Below, piece by piece: positions 13,501-27,886 of a DNA stretch of 64,000 nt. The DNA is from Octopus vulgaris (taxonomy: Eukaryota). Where the stretch lies: the NCBI GenBank assembly GCA_951406725.2, contig OX597816.1, forward strand, positions 1,550,001-1,614,000, read 5' to 3'. Below the pieces are notes generated by a model. That model worked only from the letters and a program-made list of their open reading frames with translations. It was not told the origin of the DNA and searched no databases. The first letter of the stretch is position 1. Every line of letters starts with the position of its first letter. The position numbers were made by a program, and so were the translations under genes.

Positions 13501-14820
13501 GAAAGACTTTCATCAGGTGAATAGCTCTGATTGGTATTTTGGAAAGGTGTAGGTAGGAATTCCTAACGATGTAGCCAGTGCCAAGAAATGGAATTGCAGG
13601 AAGGTTAACAGAGGAAGTAGATTTTGTGACAACAAGAAATTCCTCAGCAATTTTTGTTTTGCTGTGGTTCCAGTTGTGAATCTGACCATTTGAAAGTTGA
13701 ATGTCTTCACCACATGTAGAACATCATGTAGCTCATGGAAAGCTGACATTTTGACATGTTGTCTGATATCTTATCAACGGAGTTTATTGACTTTGGGAGT
13801 TTCATTCACAACATGGCTGTCGTATAACAAACTACAACCAAAACAACAAAAACCCCTTCATCCAAACAAACTGCTAACCCTCACCCCATTCTTTCTCTCT
13901 TTTCTTAATTCATTAACGAAGATTGGCTTTGAAATCTCTCATTTTTAGAATTTAAAAATTTTTCTTTCATATTATATTTTATTTATTTATTAGTGGTTTT
14001 TTTTTAATGAAATTGATGAAATTTCTGAAGCAAAAAGGCTGATGTCATTGAGTGATGAAAGCCAACCATATTCACCATCATTCATTACTCTTAAATAACC
14101 AGTTCTGCCGAAGAATTACTCCTGTCTTTGTATTACTTTGTCTTAAAAGTGATCAGCCAGCCAGAGTAATTAAGTAACTAATTAAGTACTTTAATTAATT
14201 AACTTTGTGAGCTGCTGTCATTAAAAACCGAATCCCTCCACTTTCAGTATGATGAGTGACCATACTGCTAACCGAATGCTGCTGAAGAAACCCTCTCGGA
14301 AATAACCAGATTGCAACGTGTCTGCCTTATGCCGAAACAAAATGCAGGAATTAAAGCTGAGCTGAGCTGTGTGTGTGTGGTGTGTGTGGTGTGTGTGTGT
14401 AAGCAGAAGGATTGTAGTTTTGCTTGAAACATTGTTGTATGGAAGGAGAAAATGAATGCAAAAGAGAAACGTGGAAAGCTCCGAACAATGCAAATAGTTG
14501 TGTGTTCAGGCCGAGAAGCTTATCTTGAGAAGAATGGAGTCAAAGAAATGTGTCAGTCAGGCAGAATGGAAGCATCTCTGGCAATACACATTCCTTTGAC
14601 TGTATTCTTCTGGAGACGGGTCTTCACACCTGAAATATACCTGGGAGGGGGGGGGGTTAAACACTTTGCTTTCTTAGCATTCTTTATCTTTCATTTCATT
14701 CATTATTTTACATGTGTGTATATATATATATATATATACATATATATATAATGTGTGTGTAGATAGATTGATAATTTTCATACATATTAATACATTTTCT
14801 GTGCACAATGAAAACAGTTG

Positions 14821-14851
<31 letters not shown>

Positions 14852-15918
14852 TAATTAAGCAGAATTTGTATTAAAATTGGACATTATTATTATCAAACAA
14901 TCAAATTTTGAGACTTGAATATTTTATATTCTCAATTGTCTTCTTTTTCTTTCATTTTCATGGAATAACTAAAAAAAAAAATCTTATTGTTTTACACTCG
15001 TAACCTCTTGCAGCTGAAAACCTGTGTATGTGTGTGTGTGTGTCCACATATGGTGATGATGATGATGCTGCTGCATTCGTTACACATCTCAACATACATT
15101 TCACTCCCTGGCTTTGACCAGTTCTACACCCGTTCAACCCACCCTGAATGCCACAAGGCTGAGAAAAAACAAAAAACCTTTTTCTCTTTGAAGTTTTTGC
15201 ACAAAAAGTCAAATAAGTTGGATTTCTGAAGTTTTGTCCTCATTTTTTATTTCATTTTATCGTTAAAAAAAAATACTTTCATTATTGTATGCGTGTGTGT
15301 GTGTGTGTGTGTAGATTTGTATTGGTCATGTGTTTATTTAATTCTGCTGTGAGTTTATGTTTGGATTGACACAAGAAACTGTGAGCAGATAAGTATGCGT
15401 AGATGTATATTGAGGTGTGTGTGTGTGTGTGTGTTATGTGAGTTGATACTCAGAAACAAAAGCAACGAGAATAGAGAATGGTCAGATACGGATGTGAATG
15501 GAATCAGCCGATGATTCACTTGTTACTGTCTCCTCACTGACCGACAGTTTTATTTTACAGCCATTAACTGTGTTTGTGTGTGTGTATTTGTACACGTGTC
15601 TTGAGAGAAACACTCCATTTGCCTTAATAACAAGGTCCCTCCTATGAAAACTCAACTGGTCAATGTCCCCTGTGTCCCCTTCATAACCATATCAAAATGG
15701 AGGCCTCTGCATAGAAATGCTTCTCATTGTTTCTCTTCTGTTCTTTATAATTGTGTCTGCCTTATTTAACTCTATCCTCACGTCTATATGCACACACACA
15801 CACACCAGCACACACACCACCCAAACAGTTTCACACAATCTGCTTGGCTTGGACCTTCTCACCAGTGGGCGAAAAGGGATTCAGAGTTTGTACAACAAAA
15901 GAACAGCACACAAGCAAT

Positions 15919-15919
<1 letters not shown>

Positions 15920-15964
<45 letters not shown>

Positions 15965-16082
15965 CGTGTGTGTATGATTTATATAATGTATGTATGCATA
16001 TATATATGTATGTATCTATGCATATATGTATGTATATATATATTTATATATATGTATGTATATATATATTTATATATATGTA

Positions 16083-16126
<44 letters not shown>

Positions 16127-16130
16127 TATA
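15920..16130. repeat. Compound (CA)n/(TA)n/(TATG)n microsatellite
   Basis: Read directly; similar tracts at 3717-3760, 20325-20490 and 62318-62350. Confidence 0.95.
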
Positions 16131-17771
16131 TTGTTTATTTACGAATCTGGTCTATAATCTTAGGTGTTCTGCAATATATTTTGCCTTGGAATTTGCAGTT
16201 TTCAAATGCTCCACATATAAAATAATGCACATTGAAAATTCCAATGCATGAAAGCTAAGATTAAGACAAAATACACAAATAATGAAAGTCTTTGTCCCCC
16301 AAATGTGGTGTTGAGTGTCTGTTCTCACTGTTTACTTTCACACACACACACACACCATGTCCCCTTTTTTTGTTCTTGCCTCTTACCCACTCGCATTCCT
16401 TTTTGCATTAACTTCCGTAAACAACCCTCATATTTCTTGATTAGCTTTTACTCTCCTCACACTTCAGTCTTAAGCTCTCTCTCTCTCTCTCTCTCCTCCA
16501 TATTCTTCTTCTTCTTGCTAATGTAGTTAGGTCATTAGCAGATCAGTTTGTCATTGCAGCAACAATGATGTTTCTTCTTAATATCCTCATTCGGGGCCAT
16601 TTTTCCATTCCCATAGCTCCATTCTTAAGTTTCACTTTCAAATTACTTTTTGTGTTATTCTATTATTACAGAACAGTTTTGTTGCAGCTTCAGAAATATT
16701 GGTAAATTTTCTATTCAGGTAGACATGGTTAGTGGAGAGTGTGTGTAAGAAAGAGGCAGAGTGTGTGGTTGACTGTTTTGTTGGTTTTTTTTTTTTGTAC
16801 ATGGATGCATTTATTACAAATACACACAAACGACCCTGAAATATCGTCAGATCTCTGAGATTGCAACCTGAACAGTATTTCGTGAATTGTTGAATGGAAA
16901 AGAATCAGTGGATGAGATGATAACTTCTTCCCGATGCCATCACACCATCAGCTTTCATCCTTCTTCCATCAATATTGATGAGACGTAAATACATTCACAC
17001 AAACTGACACCAAAGAAGGTCTTTAGTCTTGTTAATCTTCCACCCACCCATCCAACCATGAACCACCCACAAAAAAATCACTTTTTTTTAACCAAATTCA
17101 AAGAAACAAACATCTGAAGCCTTTTTTTTTCTTCTTTTTCTCTTTTTTTTTTTTTGCATGCTGTTTTCTTTGGAAAGTTTTGAGAAAGTAAAATTAGATG
17201 TTTGTGTTTTGAGTTGCAACAACCGTAGTGAGAAGGCATTTTCTCTTGTTTGCTTCTTTCTCTCTTTCTTCTCTTTATTTATTTTATTATTTTCTTTCTT
17301 TTTTTTTTTTTCATCTGTTTTTCGTTGCATGGCTTTCATGCATTCAGTTTGCGAAATGAAATTTAGACTTTTGTGTTTGCATTTTATAGTTGTGTTGCCG
17401 AGAAAATTTAGATGACTTGGCCTTGGCTAGACCCTTGAAAGGGATCTCTCTTACAAAGGGCTGTTCCTTAGCGCTATGAGAGACATTTGTTTTCTAGTCC
17501 AAACAGCTAATTACAATTAAAATGTCTGTTGATTGAGTAAAACTGGTGGCAGTGTTTAGTTCAAAATATTGATTTTTGTTTCCAAGAAGCTGGGTGGGGG
17601 CAAAATTTAGGTTACACATTATTATGATGGTTGAAAAGGTTTGTTCTATTATTATTATTATTATTATTTTCTATCTTTTCTTGAGTATAATCCTAAAGCG
17701 TTTTTCAATGTAGGGAGGTGGAAGTTCAGTTGTAAAGCTCAGCAATTTCATTTCCACTAAATGTGTGTTTG

Positions 17772-17806
<35 letters not shown>

Positions 17807-20398
17807 AATCCTCATATTAGCATCCTTTCTCCTATGCTTGCATCAGTCAACTGGACTTCATTGAGGCAGTTTTTCTAGGGATGGATGCCTTTCCTGTAGC
17901 CAACCCTTGTTTGTTTCCAAGCAAGCTAATATTTTCTATGCTGTTATAGAAAAATGAACAAAGTGAATGTATACACACACAAGCCTATATATATATAAAC
18001 ATGACTAATGACCCGAGATATTACTGGTATTTCATCTTCAAACCTTCTACACTCCTCCATGGCCAATTGAAACAATACAGTCTGTGCTTCTCGTCCCTCC
18101 ATTTCCTGCTGCTTTATTCCTTCTCTTTCCGTTCCTTTCGCATTCATTTCTCCGTTAATCTCTTTTCTCTGGTTTTACTAAATCACACCCAATGGTGGGG
18201 TGGGGGTCAGGGCTTTGGGCGTTTTCGTTTTGTATTTCCTGTCATGGCAGCAGACACCATGCGTTTTGCCGTTACTTAACTTATTCAATCAACACCCAAA
18301 AGCAAAGATTAGGATTGACCATCTCCCCCCCCCCCCCATTCCCAATTAAACAAACGATTTCCTTTCAGTCGTTGAAGACTTTGCTGTTCAGTGATTCAAA
18401 GAAAGACACATTGGAATGGTTTTTTTTTTTTTTTTCTCTGTTGCTTTTCCAGGCTCATATCGGAATTTTTTGATCTTCTGCTTGTTTCAGTCATCAGACC
18501 GCAGCCCATGCTGGGGCACTACCTTGAAGAATTTTAGTTGAACTAATTGACCCCAAGAGTTTTTTTTTTTTCACTTTTTTAAAACCTGGTACTTCTATCA
18601 GTCTCTTTTGCGAAACTGCTCAGTTATGAGGACATAAACACACACATATGGGCTTCTTTCAGTTTCCATCTCCCAGATCCACTCACAGGTTTTGGTCAGC
18701 CCACTTCTAGAGTAGAAGCCTCTTCACCGAGGTGCCATGCAGTGGGATTGAAACCAGAACCATGTGAGGGGGAAGGAAACTTTAAGTTTTAAAATATTTT
18801 ACTGGTTCTCTAATAATTTAGTTGGTTGTATCTCTTTAACCCAAACTAAGGGCAAAATTAGTAACCCCTGAGTAACCCCGCCTTTATGGATGAAGCGGCC
18901 AATGATCCTCACAACATCATCTTCCTTTCCTGAAACTCTCAATTCTTTCATTTAAAACAATGAAGATTAACTTTTGTTGTTGTTGGTGGTGGGGGTGGGA
19001 GTGGTTTTCCTCTCTCTCACCTCACCACCACCACCACACTTCATGTATAAAACCTGTGCCTTTTCAATTCTTATTTCAGACACAGTATACCCCTTAACCC
19101 TTAAACCGGCCCCTACATCCGACCCAAGTATTCTCCCTGTTTTATGTTGAAACCACCCAGATCCGGCCTCTCACACCTACCCTACAATGTCATTCTCAAA
19201 ATAACCAATCATACCATCAAAATCTCAAAGCTACCAAGATAATGCATCATCATCATCATCATCGTTTAACATCCGCTTTCCATGCTAGCATGGGTTGGAC
19301 GATTTTGACTGAGGGCTGGCGAACCAGAAGGCTGCACCAGGCTCCAATCTTGATCTGGCAGAGTTTCTACAGCTTGATGCCCTTCCTAATGCCAACCACT
19401 CCGAGAGTGTAGTGGGTGCTTTTTATGTGCCACCTGCACGGAGGCCATTGAAAGCAATGTGAATCTGTCCAGCCCCGTCCCATTCAAAAGAATCATCCGA
19501 GTGTTGCACGGTGGAATCGAGATTCTTTCCACCCCACCCCCTACAAAACCCCCAATTTATGTCTTGAGTGGGGGAATGCAGCACAGTGGTGAGAGGAGTG
19601 TTGCACTCATGATTAAAAGACCCTGGATGAAGGAGTGTGTTGTGTTCTTGAGCAGGACTCTCCATTTCATGTTGCTCCACTCAGCTGAGTTATACACAAC
19701 CCTGCAAGAGACCGGCTCCCTTGGGCAAGTAGCCTCAGGCCAACCAGGGGCCTTGTGAGTGGATTTGGTCGACAGAAACTGAAAGAAGCCTGTCGTATTA
19801 ATATGTGTGTGTGTGTGTTTGTGTTTATCTTGCACCATTGCTTGACAACCAGTGCTGGTGTGTTTATGTCCCTGTAACGTAGCAGCTCGGCAAAAGAGAC
19901 CGATAGAATTAGTACCAGGCATCAAAATAATAAAGCACTGGGTTCGATCCATTTGACTAAGAATTCTTTAATAAGGTGCCCCAGCGTGGCCACAGTCTAA
20001 TGACAGAAACAAGTGAAAGACAAAATGACTACTAAATTCTCAAGCCAAATTAATTACCAATTAATATGTCTGTTCATAAAAGCCTTTTTTTTTTTTAGTT
20101 AACGAATCTTGTTGATTGTTTGATTCCCTCATTTTGATTTAAAAGTCAATCATGTGAAACACTTTGAAAGAAAAGAAAGAACATCCCTCTTTCTCTTTCT
20201 CCCTTTAAATCTGGAACACAAACTGGTCAAATGAATATTGTTCTGATTTTCTACTAAAATCTGCATTATCATAACAGATTCGCTGATTAATAATAATAAT
20301 AATCTGTGAATTACATTGATAATTTGATATATATATATATATATCCAAATCTATATATATGTATGTGTGTATGCATATATAAATATATATATAAATTA

Positions 20399-20450
<52 letters not shown>

Positions 20451-23400
20451 GTATATATATATAATGTATATATATGTGTATGTATATTTGAGGGGTTTAC
20501 CATGAAAAACACTTTTTTTTAAAAATTAAAACAAACCTTCAGATTTAATTAAATTGTATATTAATTACATAAGTCTGTGATTTGAAACAAAGTCAAGAAA
20601 CATTATTTTAATTAAATTTATAAGTTCATGGTAGATTATCTTGAAAAATTAAATTTCTTTTTTTTTTTAGTCCTAAAAGCAACTGAAACGAGTGAAAACT
20701 TTACTAAAAAGAAAACATTTGAAAGGCGAACAAAGCAATTCTCGATTTTTAAGTCTTAAAATGCGATCCATGGAGACAACCCTGTGTGGGTTCCATCATT
20801 TATTTGAAGGGAGTCACTTTTTCAAAGTTGGACACAGTAAAAGCTTAAACTTTTTCTTGTCTTCAAATTGAATTTGAAAAAAAAATCCACCAAAAACTTG
20901 GTTTTAAGTATAAACAAAAAAAAGACAAACACTTGAAAGATTTTACAATGAACTGAACAAGAAAGTAAAATATTTTTTCCAAATTCCTCTAATGTGTGTG
21001 ATTAAAGAATAATGATTGATTCTATGTTGATTATTAATCAAAGGATGATGCTGACCCCTAAAACTGCTGCAAATATTTCTTTAAAGTGAGCCTCCTTTGA
21101 TCTTTTATGTCTGATTCAATGATTTCTCCTCACCGATTTGCCTAATATTGTTAAACTCCCCAGGAAAACATCATCATCATCATCATCACCATCACCAGTA
21201 TCCTTCATTTAATTGTTTTTGCTGTGAATCTATTCTGCCCCCCATCAGTTGACACCCAGTTTAGTATTTGTGTGGTTTGAACTTGTATCCCATCTTTTTG
21301 TCATCAGTTGTTGTTGTTGTTATTAACCCCCCCCCACACACACACACACACATACCACACACAAATTGTAGTTAAATGTTTACAATGAGGAATCTAAACT
21401 ATATTTTCAAAATGGCCAAGAAATTTCCTGTCAAAACTAAAAGAAAAGAAACTATTTTTTATTTTTACGATATATTTACTGTCTAAAAAGTAAACTCATT
21501 CTGAATGGACCCACCTTATTTTATATTTTTCTCTCTCACCCACATTTGTGTCTTGTCAACTTTTAATTACGAAAATTATGCCAGGAAAGACTCCTCTTCC
21601 TCCTCCTCCTCTCCCCCACTTCTGCAGTAATTAAACGAAATGGTTTGAAAAAACAACTTTGTGTAAAACGAAAGTATTTTGTAGAAAAGTTACTGCCATT
21701 CACCTTCAACAAATAAAAAGAAACATTGGAATACATTTACAGAGATGTGTGTCTGTGTGTCTGTTCAGTGAAAAGAAGAAACAAAATACAAGTCAAAACA
21801 TGAGCAGATATTTTTTTCTAGAACAGTCCAGAGATAATTCTATATCAGTGGTCGTCTTAATTTGAAACTAACTTAATTAGTGTCATGCATAAAACTCTTG
21901 GCCATTTAGTCACTTTGTAAATTCTGTTAATTAAAAACTTGCTTATTGATAGGATCAGCAAAAAGAAAAAAGCATTCAACCCAGCAAGAGGTAAATATTA
22001 TTTAATGGATTCATGAGATAAACATGAGCTACTTCAAGTTTCATGTTTGGATTGTGCAGTAATTTGACGCATATTTTAAATTTTATCTCATGACCTTTTT
22101 TTTTCCTTTCTTTAAATCTGTTCTTCATGACTTGAATTCTCTTTGCATTCCTATTTCTTGATAATTGGTAAAGTATTCGTGAAAACCATTTTGTATAGAT
22201 GTACGTGTGTGTGTGTGTGTGTGTAAAATATACAGACTTCTTTCAGCAAATTCTTAAAATGATCGAAGACCAATATACAAACCACCCCCACCCCACCCCA
22301 CCCTCACCACTGCTAATTGCCTTATAACCAGAACTAATTGTTTCAGTTTATTGTATGTTAATTATTCATCTCCCTTCTGCTTTTAACAAGAAAGGGGAGT
22401 GGGGAGAAAGGGAGAGGAGTTTCTTCATTTTGAACTTTAAAAACTGCAGGCATTGCCACACACGGAGAGTCTGAAGAACTCCCTGCTCTCGTGTTTTGTA
22501 TGTTCTTTCACTTCAAAACCAATAATGGTCATTAAATTCTTTATTTCAGCAAGCAAGACTTTGAAACTGATGTACCATGGGATTTTTGTTTTTGAAATCT
22601 ATATATATTGTGTGTGTGTGTGTGTGTGTGTGTATGTATGCGTGAATTTGTGTGTGTGTGTGTCATTGAAACCCATGGAGACTGGCTTTGGATGTGGTAA
22701 CACCCCTTGACCCCCACCTCAGAATGGAAAAACAAAAGTTTTTAAAAAATACAACACAACTTATTCTGGATTTGCCAGAAAACAGTGCCTTTTCACTGCT
22801 GCTTTACAGAAACGAAAAAGAAGAAGAAAAACCCTAAAAAAATAACAAAAGAAAAATAAAACAAATTAGACTATTTGAAACATTTTTATTCCATAAATTA
22901 TACAAAAAAAAAAACAAAACAAAATGAATATAAAAAAGACATCCACTCATTCGTTAGTGGCAAACCAGTGCTGGACATTAATTAAAAAAAGAAAAGCCTT
23001 AATTCATTCACCTTTTACTTAACATTTTTTTTTTTTTAATCCCTTTCATTTCATTCTAAATTCTGTCATCATCACCCACCCTCCCACCTACAAATAAAAT
23101 GATTTTTGCATTGCTTAACCCCACCCACCACATAAACCCCTTCTCAGATCCTTTATCGATTTCATAAAAGCTGCCCCCCCCCACATCCTCTTTTTCTTTA
23201 CACACACACGTACATATATATATATATATATAGGTAGGTATATGTATATATATATATATATATATGTGACTGGTTCGGCCAACACTGGCCACAATGGTGG
23301 CTCTCCACTGCTAAGAACTCTTTTTATCTCCACTACAGAAATAACGATGGTGACCCAAGTGTACAAAGGATGAGACCCACCCCTGACCACAATTTGAGGC

Positions 23401-23494
23401 CTTAGTGTAAATTAACACTATATTTTGTCTTTGATAGATTCTATATATTTCTTGTAAAGCGTTTTTTTTTTTTTTCTCATGAACTTTTCTTGAA

Positions 23495-23500
23495 AATAAA
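23495..23500 (+). terminator. Candidate distal polyadenylation signal of TEAD
   Basis: AATAAA with an upstream T-rich tract, CA dinucleotides 15-20 nt downstream and a GT/T-rich element (ttattgttgtttgttg). Assignment to TEAD is inference. Confidence 0.35.
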
Positions 23501-26500
23501 TACATTTTCTCTAACAACACAATGTCTTAATAACAATTTATTATTGTTGTTTGTTGATATTTTAGAAAAATCTATTTTGGATCTAAAAATACTAAAATAA
23601 ATTCCTTTCAGATGTGGAGCTTGAAGAAGATAAAGCTGAAAAACTGGCATTTAGAATGTTTGGACAGAAAAGGCTGCTGGTAGCATCTGACATTTTCTAT
23701 CGAAAGAGATTGTTTCTTCTCTGGGCCATTATTTGTTCTTTTATCCACAGTTGAAAGCAAATTATTTCGTTTCCCTCAAAGTTTCTTAATTCTTAACAAA
23801 TTAACAACTTCAATTTTTCCTTTCTTATCAAAACAGATTGACGACATACCTTGTGGCAATTTCGTTTAGTTTTTCTGTGTGTAGGTTGAATTTCTACCAA
23901 GTCAATTTTACCATTTATACCGTCACTGTTGTGTGTTGTGTGCCATGCTTAAACTCGGCTTGATTCAATCACCTACCCCCCCCCCCCACCTTGTGCCAGT
24001 CTGAGAATTCCTTATGTAATTCAAGAAATGGTGCAGTGTTTGGCTGCCATATTTGACGGTGTGGTAGACTTATTTTCTTGTACACAAAAGTCTCAAGAAT
24101 ATTTCACTCTGGGTCCTACTTGCAAAGTTTGGCTTCCCATTAATTATATTGTCTGAAATATGCGCTGCTGCATTTGGGGTGCATCATTTGTGTCATCAGA
24201 AGGAGTAACTTAAATGCCAGCCCTGGCCCTTGGTCCAACTTCTTCATTCTGGACATGATTCAATTTTACCCACCCCCAACAAATATGCAAACCACTATAA
24301 CAACAACAACAAAAGTCAGGGTGGGGTAGTGATGGGGGGGGGTATCTCTACGGGTTCTTTTTTAATTCTTACTTTGATTTAAATATTGGTTTCAAATTTT
24401 GGCACAAGGCCAGCAATTTGGAGGAGTGGGAGCTTTGTCGATTACATCAACCCCCAGTGCTCAACTGGTCCTTATTTTATCAACCCCAAAAAGATGAAAG
24501 GCAAAGTCGGTCTCAGCAGAATTTGAACTCACCTGATTTTCTGGCCCCTTTTAAACCCTTTCATCTCAGCTGGTTTTCTAGTGTATATAATAGCCCCTTA
24601 CCTCAGGGTCTCTGTAATACCCTGTTCACTCAACTCGTGCCCTGTTGCTTCATGTAGTTCTGCAAGACCCTTTCACTCAACTGGTCCTATACTTTGTTCT
24701 CACAACAGCTACTTAAGCACACGGCTGCTCTATTATTCCCTGTTGCCTCGCAGATCCAGCAGGACTTTGTTTTATAAGCAGATTCTGTAGCACCTTGTTT
24801 CTATAACTAGTTTTCTAGTACCCTATTGCCCCTTGTGTAGTACCCTATAATTTCAGCTGGTTGTCTAGCACCTCCTGCTTCAGTTGGATGCTTATATCTT
24901 ATTTATTCAACAAATCCTGCAGTAATGTCTGGAACCCTGTTGCCTCAGCTGATGGACCCGTCATCAGCTGTTTACCCCCAATGAGTTGTATTGTACCTTT
25001 TCCCTTCAGCTGGATCCTTTGCACACTCTTGGCTCACCTGCTTTTGTCAAGAACCCTGTTGCTTCAGCTTGTTCTGTTGACTCAAACCATTTGTCTAGTT
25101 CTGTTATTCCCAATGTGGGGCAAGAGAATCAGTTGTTAAAAAAAAATTTCTTAAAATCCTTTCTGTGGACTTTTTCAAATTTTGGACATTTTAGAGACAA
25201 CAGATCTTTTTCAAATTTTGGACACTTTAGAGACAACAGATCTTTTTCATTGTATTTCATTACATTCATAAGATCTGATGTCACTAAAGAGGAAATAGAT
25301 TATTTCCTTTGATTCAGTGGTCTGTGGAAACATGTAGCAGTTGGTCAGTACTGAAAGCGATGCCATCTTAATAAACTGGGGTCAGACTTATGTGTGCGGG
25401 TGTGTCTGAATATTGACCCTTTTTTCATTTCTGGCAACAAAAATCTAGGAAGACAAGAAAAATGTGGTGCTGCAGGGTGTTGGGTGGGTGAAGGATGAAA
25501 GAATTGAATGGTGTGGGAAGGGTCAGGGAAGGAAGAGAGAGAGATTTATAAGTACTGATAAATGCACACACGTGTATGCTTTGAGCAGAGGTGAAAATTA
25601 AAAGGTCATTTTATTCCCACCGGTCAGTTTGCGAATTCAGCAAAAAGATAGAAAGAAAGGCTTTTGCACCTGAAGAAGATTCACGGAATATTTTTGGTTT
25701 CTTTTTGAGCAGATTTTCTGAAAGTTTATACTGAAATCTTTTTGCAGAAATTGTTGAAAAATGAGTTCATCAATATTTAGAGGAACATTGAAAATTTGGA
25801 TTTATATCCATGATAAATGGTCACCAAATTATGGGCAAAAAACTCAGATCTTGTGAATTTTCTGAAGTCCCCCCTCCCCATTACTTTCTGCACATTTTTT
25901 TTTACATGTTACACTACTTTTAAAAAATTTTGTTTCCAGGTAATATTGTAAACATTAACCAAATTTTGAATAACAAAAATTAAATATCACAAGGGGGGCA
26001 TCAGGATTTTCGAAATGATTCGGTGGGGCATGGCCAGAAAGCCCAGTTCCCAATCGCCTCAGATGCTCCATTAGTTCACTTTTGCTTTGACTCGTTTCCT
26101 CCAACTTTGTCAACTCACTTTAGCTGAGTCTGCAACACCCTGAGGCCCCAAAGGGTTGTCTGCTGGCTCCTGCAGACCTTCTTTACTCACCTGGTTAGCC
26201 TCATACCTTCTTCATTCAGTTTACATGTTCAATACCCTGTTACTTCAGCTGGTTTCATAGCAACCCCTTCACTAACCACTGCCCTTTTTGACTCAGCTCA
26301 TTTCACAGTACCCCTTTTTTTTTTCTTGCTGCCTCACACCATTCTTCAGTCTGGTTTTATAAGACCAACTTTCATCTACAACATTGTTGTCCAACCCCTT
26401 TGTTGCTTCTGCTGATTGCTCAGCCCCTTATCTAGTGTCCTTTCATTTCACCTTTTTGCCTCAGCAAGTTCTGTCAATTAATTGAAAGAATTTCAACAGA

Positions 26501-27854
26501 TATACAGTAACAAAGGGGTCAATAAATGAGCTTATAATTCCAATCGTTAGAATTTCCCCAATTATAAAGGTTCATTAGTCTTAATTAATTTCCATTTCAT
26601 TACTCACTCATTATCATGTTTTATCTTTTTTCTTAAAAAAGTCTCCTGACACAACTTTCTAATTCTTTGCCTCTCCAAAGCATCATCTTCCGTTTCCCTT
26701 CAACGTTGTCCATTAGTTAACTCTTGCTTCATACATCATCATCATCGTTTTAACATCCGTTGTCCATGCTGGCATGGGTTAGACAGTTTGACTGAGGAAT
26801 GGCAAGCCAGTCGGCTGCACCAGGCTCCAATCTGATCTGGCAATGTTTCTACAGCTGGATTGCCCTTCCTAATGCCAACCTCTCCGAGAATGTAGGGGGT
26901 GCTTTTTACATGCTACCGGCGCATTCTCAGTAAAACAGATTTGCTTTCCCCAAGTGACTGTGGTGAGGACAGATGATGCATGGCACTGGGGAAGGATGGC
27001 AAAGAAATAGAGGAAGAATCCCTGACAAAATCCCTATTCCATCCCCATAAATATCTTGGTTTACAAGTCTTAACAAAAATGGATGTGTTGGGAGAAACAG
27101 TGAACATTGAGTCAGATACAATGTGCAAGGGAGGAGACTTTGTTGGTCATGGGATGTGGGAGGAAATAGAATGATTTTCAGAGAAGCTGACAGAGGACCA
27201 AAAGGACCTGTCCATCTCAACAAACGTGAGATCCTAATTACATTGGGTTTATCTCAGCAGAAATCTTTTTGCATCAACACCCAAACATCATTTTCCTCTC
27301 CATTTTTGCATGGGTCACTGTCTGAGGCAAATATTTTCCCAGGCCAGATGAAGCTCTTCTGCCACCAATGCCCAAATAAGGTAATCTTTTCAGAGGACCG
27401 CTTGTATGACAGTGATACTCATTTACAACTTGCTTGCATTATAAAGGCAAGGACACACATGACACACTTCTTTTGGTTTCTCTCTACGAAATCCACTTGC
27501 AAGACATTGGTCAGCCTGCGATTACAGTAGCAAACACTTGTCCAAGATGCCACAGAATGGGGTTGAACCTGGAACCATGTAGTTGGAAAGCAAGCTTCTT
27601 AGCACACAGCCTGCACCTAAATAACACAAAGAACTGTCGTAGATTGAGCAGAGAAAAAGAAAAAAGAAAAAGACAAGAAGAGTTGTTGGGAGCAAAGAAA
27701 AAAGTGATTGTGTTCCTGCAAAGTCGGTGAAATCTCTAAATGTTTTTATCTTCTTTGATGCTGTTTCATTTCCATATGAAATGGTCCCGTATCAAAAGCC
27801 TGTAAAAATATAAATTGGCCAAAGTGTGACAGTTTTTGTTAAAAAAAAATTGAT

Positions 27855-27886
27855 TTTATTTTTATTGGAAGTTTTTAATATTTATT
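27855..27886 (-). terminator. Candidate muskelin polyadenylation signals (three AATAAA on the minus strand)
   Basis: tttatt at 27855, 27861 and 27881, about 2.35 kb downstream of the stop codon, at the edge of a SINE-free stretch. Confidence 0.4.

Noticed and set aside
15717-16251. Long YI/HT-rich ORFs
   Set aside because: (TA)n and (CA)n microsatellite translations.
10070-16612. MCAT (CATTCC/GGAATG) sites suggesting TEAD autoregulation
   Set aside because: The few hexamer hits are about what chance predicts; no clustering seen.
25170-25249. 36-bp direct duplication; similar small duplications at 52533-52610 and 58286-58330
   Set aside because: Ordinary local slippage with no further structure.
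26913-27223. Overlapping short ORFs between the genes
   Set aside because: No recognisable domain or splice-consistent exon; probably a decayed repeat.
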